Source of the DNA: Mobula hypostoma
Taxonomy: Eukaryota
Direction: 5' to 3'
Assembly (NCBI RefSeq): GCF_963921235.1
Contig: NC_086101.1
Span: 1,488,001 to 1,552,000 of the forward strand
Length of the DNA stretch: 64,000 nucleotides
The notes below the pieces were generated by a model that saw only the letters and a program-made list of their open reading frames with translations, was not told the origin of the DNA and did no database searches. The position numbers and the translations under genes are program-made. Below are positions 58,901 through 64,000 of the stretch, one piece after another; the stretch's first letter is position 1; the number at the start of each line of letters is the position of its first letter.

Positions 58901-61900
58901 GACGCCTCCTACCCACTGACGAGGGGAGATTAAATACAGACGCCTCATACTCACTAACGAGGGGAGATTGAATACAGACGTCTCATACTCACTGACGAGG
59001 GGAGATTGAATACAGACGCCTCATACTCACTGACGAGGGGATATTGAATACAGACGCCTCATACTGACGAGGGGAGATTGAATACAGACGCCTCATACTC
59101 ACTGACGAGGGGAGTTTGAATAAAGACTTCTCATACACAATGACGAGGAGAGATTGAATACAGATGTCTCATATCCACCGATGAGGGGAGATTGAATACA
59201 GACGCCTCATACTCACTGACGAGAGGAGATTGAAAACAGACGCCTCATACTCACTGACGAGGGGAGATTGAATACAGACGCCTCATACTCACTGACGAGG
59301 GGAGATTGAATACAGACGTCTCATACTCACTGACGAGGGGAGATTGAATACAGACGTCTCATACTCACTGACGAGGGGAGATTGAATACAGACGCCTCAT
59401 ACTCACTGATGAGGGGAGATTGAATACAGACGCCTCATACTCACTGACGAGGGGAGATTGAATACAGACGTCACATACTCACTGACGAGGGGAGATTGAA
59501 TACAGACGTCTCATACTCACTGACGAGGGGAGATTGAATACAGACGTCTCATACTCACTGACGAGGGGAGATTGAATACAGACGCCTCATACTCACTGAC
59601 GAGGGGAGATTGTATAAAGACTTCTCATACACAATGACGAGGAAAGATTGAATACAGATGTCTCATATCCACCGATGAGGGGAGATTGAATACAGACGCC
59701 TCATACTCACTGACGAGAGGAGATTAAAAACAGACGCCTCATACTCACTGACGAGGGGAGATTGAATACAGACGCCTCATACTCACTGACGAGGGGAGAT
59801 TGAATACAGACGTCTCATACTCACTGACGAGGGGAGATTGAATACAGACGCCTCATACTCACTGACGAGGGGAGATTGAATACAGACGCCTCATACTCAC
59901 TGACGAGGGGAGATTGAATACAGACGTCTCATACTCACTGACGAGGGGAGATTGAATACAGACGTCTCATAGTCACTGACGAGGGGAGATTGAATACAGA
60001 CGCCTCATACTCACTGATGAGGGGAGATTGAATACAGACGCCTCATACTCACTGACGAGGGGAGATTGAATACAGACGTCACATACTCACTGACGAGGGG
60101 AGATTGAATACAGACGTCTCATACTCACTGACGAGGGGAGATTGAATACAGACGTCTCATACTCACTGATGAGGAGAGATTGAATACAGACGCCTCCTAC
60201 CCACTGACGAGGGGAGATGAAATACAGACGCCTCATACTCACTAACGAGGGGGGATTGAATACAGACGTCTCATACTCACTGACGAAGGGGAGATTGAAT
60301 ACAGAGGTCTCATACTCACTGACGAGGGCAGATTGAATACAGACGCCTCATACTCACTGACGAGGGGAGATTGAATACAGACGCCTCATACTCACTGACG
60401 AGGGGAGATTGAATACAGACGCCTCATACTCACTGACGAGGGGAGATTGAATACAGACGCCTCATACTCACTGACGAGGGGAGATTGAATACAGACGTCT
60501 CATACTCACTGACGAGGGGAGATTGAATACAGACGCCTCATACTCACTGACGAGGGGAGATTGAATACAGACGTCTCATACTCACTGACGAGGGGAGATT
60601 GAATACAGACGTCTCATACTCACTGACGAGGGGAGATTGAATACAGACGTCTCATACTCACTGATGAGGGGAGTTTAAAGACAGACGCCTCATACTCACT
60701 GACGAGGGGAGATTGAATACAGACGCCTCATACTCACTGACGAGGGGAGATTGAATACAGACGCCTCATACTCACTGACGAGGGGAGATTGAATACAGAC
60801 GTCTCATACTCACTGACGAGGGGAGATTGAATACAGACGCCTCATACTCACTGACGAGGGGAGATTGAATACAGACGCCTCATACCCACTGATGAGGGAG
60901 ATTGAATACAGACGTGTCATACTCACTGACGAGGGAGATTGAATACAGACGTCTCATACTCACTGATGAGGAGAGATTGAATACAGACGCCTCCTACCCA
61001 CTGACGAGGGAGATTAAATACACAGGCCTCATACTCACTGACGAGGGGAGATTGAATACAGACGTCTCATACTCACTGACGAGGGGAGATTGAATACAGA
61101 CGTCTCATACTCACTGACGAGGGGAGATTGAATACAGACGCCTCATACTCACTGACGAGGGGAGATTGAATACAGACGCCTCATACTCACTGACGAGGGG
61201 AGATTGAATACAGACGTCTCATACTCACTGACGAGGGGAGATTGAATACAGACGTCTCATAGTCACTGACGAGGGGAGATTGAATACAGACGTCTCATAC
61301 TCACTGATGAGGAGAGATTGAATACAGACGCCTCCTACCCACTGACGAGGGGAGATTAAATACAGACGCCTCATACTCACTAACGAGGGGGGATTGAATA
61401 CAGACGCCTCATACTCACTGACGAGGGGAGATTGAATACAGACGCCTCATACTCACTGACGAGGGGAGATTGAATACAGATGCCTCATACTCACTGACGA
61501 GGGGAGATTGAATACAGACGTCTCATACTCACTGACGAGGGCAGATTGAATACAGACGCCTCATACTCACTGACGAAGGGAGATTGAATACAGACGCCTC
61601 TACTCACTGACGAGGGGAGATTGAATACAGACGCCTCATACTCACTGACGAGGGGAGATTGAATACAGACGTCTCATACTCACTGACGAGGGGAGATTGA
61701 ATACAGACGCCTCATACTCACTGATGAGGGGAGATTGAATACAGACGCCTCATACTCACTGACGAGGGGAGATTGAATACAGACGTCACATACTCACTGA
61801 CGAGGAGAGATTGAATACAGACGTCTCATACTCACTGACGAGGGAGATTGAATACAGACGTCTCATACTCACTGATGAGGAGAGATTGAATACAGACGCC

Positions 61901-64000
61901 TCCTACCCACTGACGAGGGGAGATTAAATACAGACGCCTCATACTCACTAACGAGGGGGGATTGAATACAGACATCTCATACTCACTGACGAAGGGGCGA
62001 TTGAATATATACTCACTGACGAGGGCAGATTGAATACAGATGCCTCATACTCACTGACGAAGGGGAGATTGAATACAGAGGCCTCATACTCACTGACGAG
62101 GGGAGATTGAATACAGACGCCTCATACTCACTGACAAGGGGAGATTGAATACAGATGCCTCATACTCACTGACGAGGGGAGATTGAATACAGACGTCTCA
62201 TACTCTCTGATGAGGGGAGTTTAAAGACAGACGCCTCATACCCACTGACGAGGGGAGATTGAATACAGACGTCTCATACCCACTGACGAGGGGAGATTGA
62301 ATACAGACGTCTCATACTCACTGACGAGGGAGATTGAATACAGACGTCTCATACTCACTTATGAGGGGAGATTGAATACAGACGCCTCCTACCCACTGAC
62401 GAGGGGAGATTAAATACAGACGCCTCATACTCACTGACGAGGGGAGATTGAATACAGACGCCTCATACTCACTGACGAGGGGAGATTGAATACAGACGTC
62501 TCATACTCACTGACGAGGGGAGATTGAATACAGACGCCTCATACTCACTGACGAGGGGAGATTGAATACAGACGCCTCATACTCACTGACGAGGGGAGAT
62601 TGAATACAGACGTCTCATACTCACTGACGAGGGGAGATTGAATACAGACGTCTCATACTCACTGATGAGGAGAGATTGAATACAGACGCCTCCTACCCAC
62701 TGACGAGGGGAGATTAAATACAGACGCCTCATACTCACTGACGAGGGGGGATTGAATACAGACGTCTCATACTCACTGACGAGGGGAGATTGAATACAGA
62801 CGCCTCATACTCACTGACGAGGGGAGATTGAATACAGACGCCTCATACTCACTGACGAGGGGAGATTGAATACAGACGCCTCATACTCACTGACGAGGGG
62901 AGATTGAATACAGACGTCTCATACTCATTGACGAGGGAGATTGAATACAGACGTCTCATACTCACTGACGAGGGGAGATTGAATACAGACGTCTCATACT
63001 CACTGATGAGGAGAGATTGAATACAGACGCCTCATACCCACTGACGAGGGGAGATTAAATACAGACGCCTCATACTCACTGACGAGGGGAGATTGAATAC
63101 AGACGCCTCATACTCACTGACGAGGGGAGATTGAATACAGACGCCTCATACTCACTGACGAGGGCAGATTGAATACAGATGCCTCATACTCACTGACGAA
63201 GGGGAGATTGAATACAGAGGTGTCATATTCACTGACGAGGGCAGATTGAATACAGACGCCTCATACTCACTGACGAGCGGAGATTGAATACAGACGCCTC
63301 ATACTCACTGATGTGGGGAGATTGAATACAGACGCCTCATACTCACTGACGAGGGGAGATTGAATACAGACGTCTCATACTCACTGACGAGGGGAGATTG
63401 AATACAGACGCCTCATACTCACTGACGAGGGGAGATTGAATACAGACGCCTCATACTCACTGACGAGGGGAGATTGAATACAGACGTCTCATACTCACTG
63501 ACGAGGGGAGATTGAATACAGACGTCTCATACTCACTGACGAGGGAGATTGAATACAGACGTCTCATACTCACTGATGAGGAGAGATTGAATACAGACGC
63601 CTCCTACCCACTGACGAGGGGAGATTAAATACAGACGCCTCATACTCACTAACGAGGGGGGATTGAATACAGACATCTCATACTCACTGACGAAGGGGCG
63701 ATTGAATATATACTCACTGACGAGGGCAGATTGAATACAGACGCCTCATACTCACTGACGAGGGGAGATTGAATACAGACGCCTCATACTCACTGACGAG
63801 GGGAGATTGAATACAGACGCCTCATACTCACTGACGAGGGGAGATTGAATACAGACGCCTCATACTCACTGACGAGGGGAGATTGAATACAGACGCCTCA
63901 TACTCACTGACGAGGGGAGATTGAATAGAGACGTCACATACTCACTGACGAGGGGAGATTGAATACAGACGCCTCATACTCACTGATGAGGGGAGATTGA
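46929..64000 (+). repeat. 38-bp satellite CTCACTGACGAGGGGAGATTGAATACAGACG(C/T)CTCATA, about 450 copies, running past the window end
   Basis: Period 38 (for example TACTCACTGA at 47041 and 47079), with recurrent variant monomers. Confidence 0.97.

Noticed and set aside
46929..64000. 38-bp satellite as a tandem hammerhead ribozyme (CTGACGA/CTGATGA ... GAAT ... GTC in each unit)
   Set aside because: It has GAAT rather than GAAA, GGGGAGATT cannot form stem II, and the sequences that should form stem I are identical rather than complementary.
46929..64000. CRISPR-like array
   Set aside because: Head-to-tail monomers with no unique spacers, no cas genes, and a eukaryotic context.

Overview
Eukaryotic, repeat-dense vertebrate DNA. 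The mix of CR1, Rex1, RTE and Penelope retroelements with V-SINE/tRNA-SINEs suggests a cartilaginous fish such as a ray (inference). Bases 1-35.7 kb are mostly decayed, often nested transposons: CR1 LINEs, an RTE LINE inside a Rex1 inside a CR1, Penelope-like fragments with minimal hammerhead-ribozyme motifs, a Tigger element split by a CR1, a hAT-Charlie element and SINEs. A few candidate exons of an unidentified + strand gene lie among them. The one convincing gene is an intact 428-aa PIF/Harbinger transposase-derived ORF (36269-37555, minus strand). All four expected catalytic acidic residues are replaced, and it has a CpG-island promoter and a polyA signal, so it is a candidate domesticated, nuclease-dead transposase distinct from canonical HARBI1. 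Directly upstream of that promoter are an 8.4-kb G-rich 29/34-bp minisatellite, a 200-N assembly gap, and at least 17 kb of a 38-bp satellite with higher-order variant structure. All family assignments come from motif recognition by eye, not database searches.
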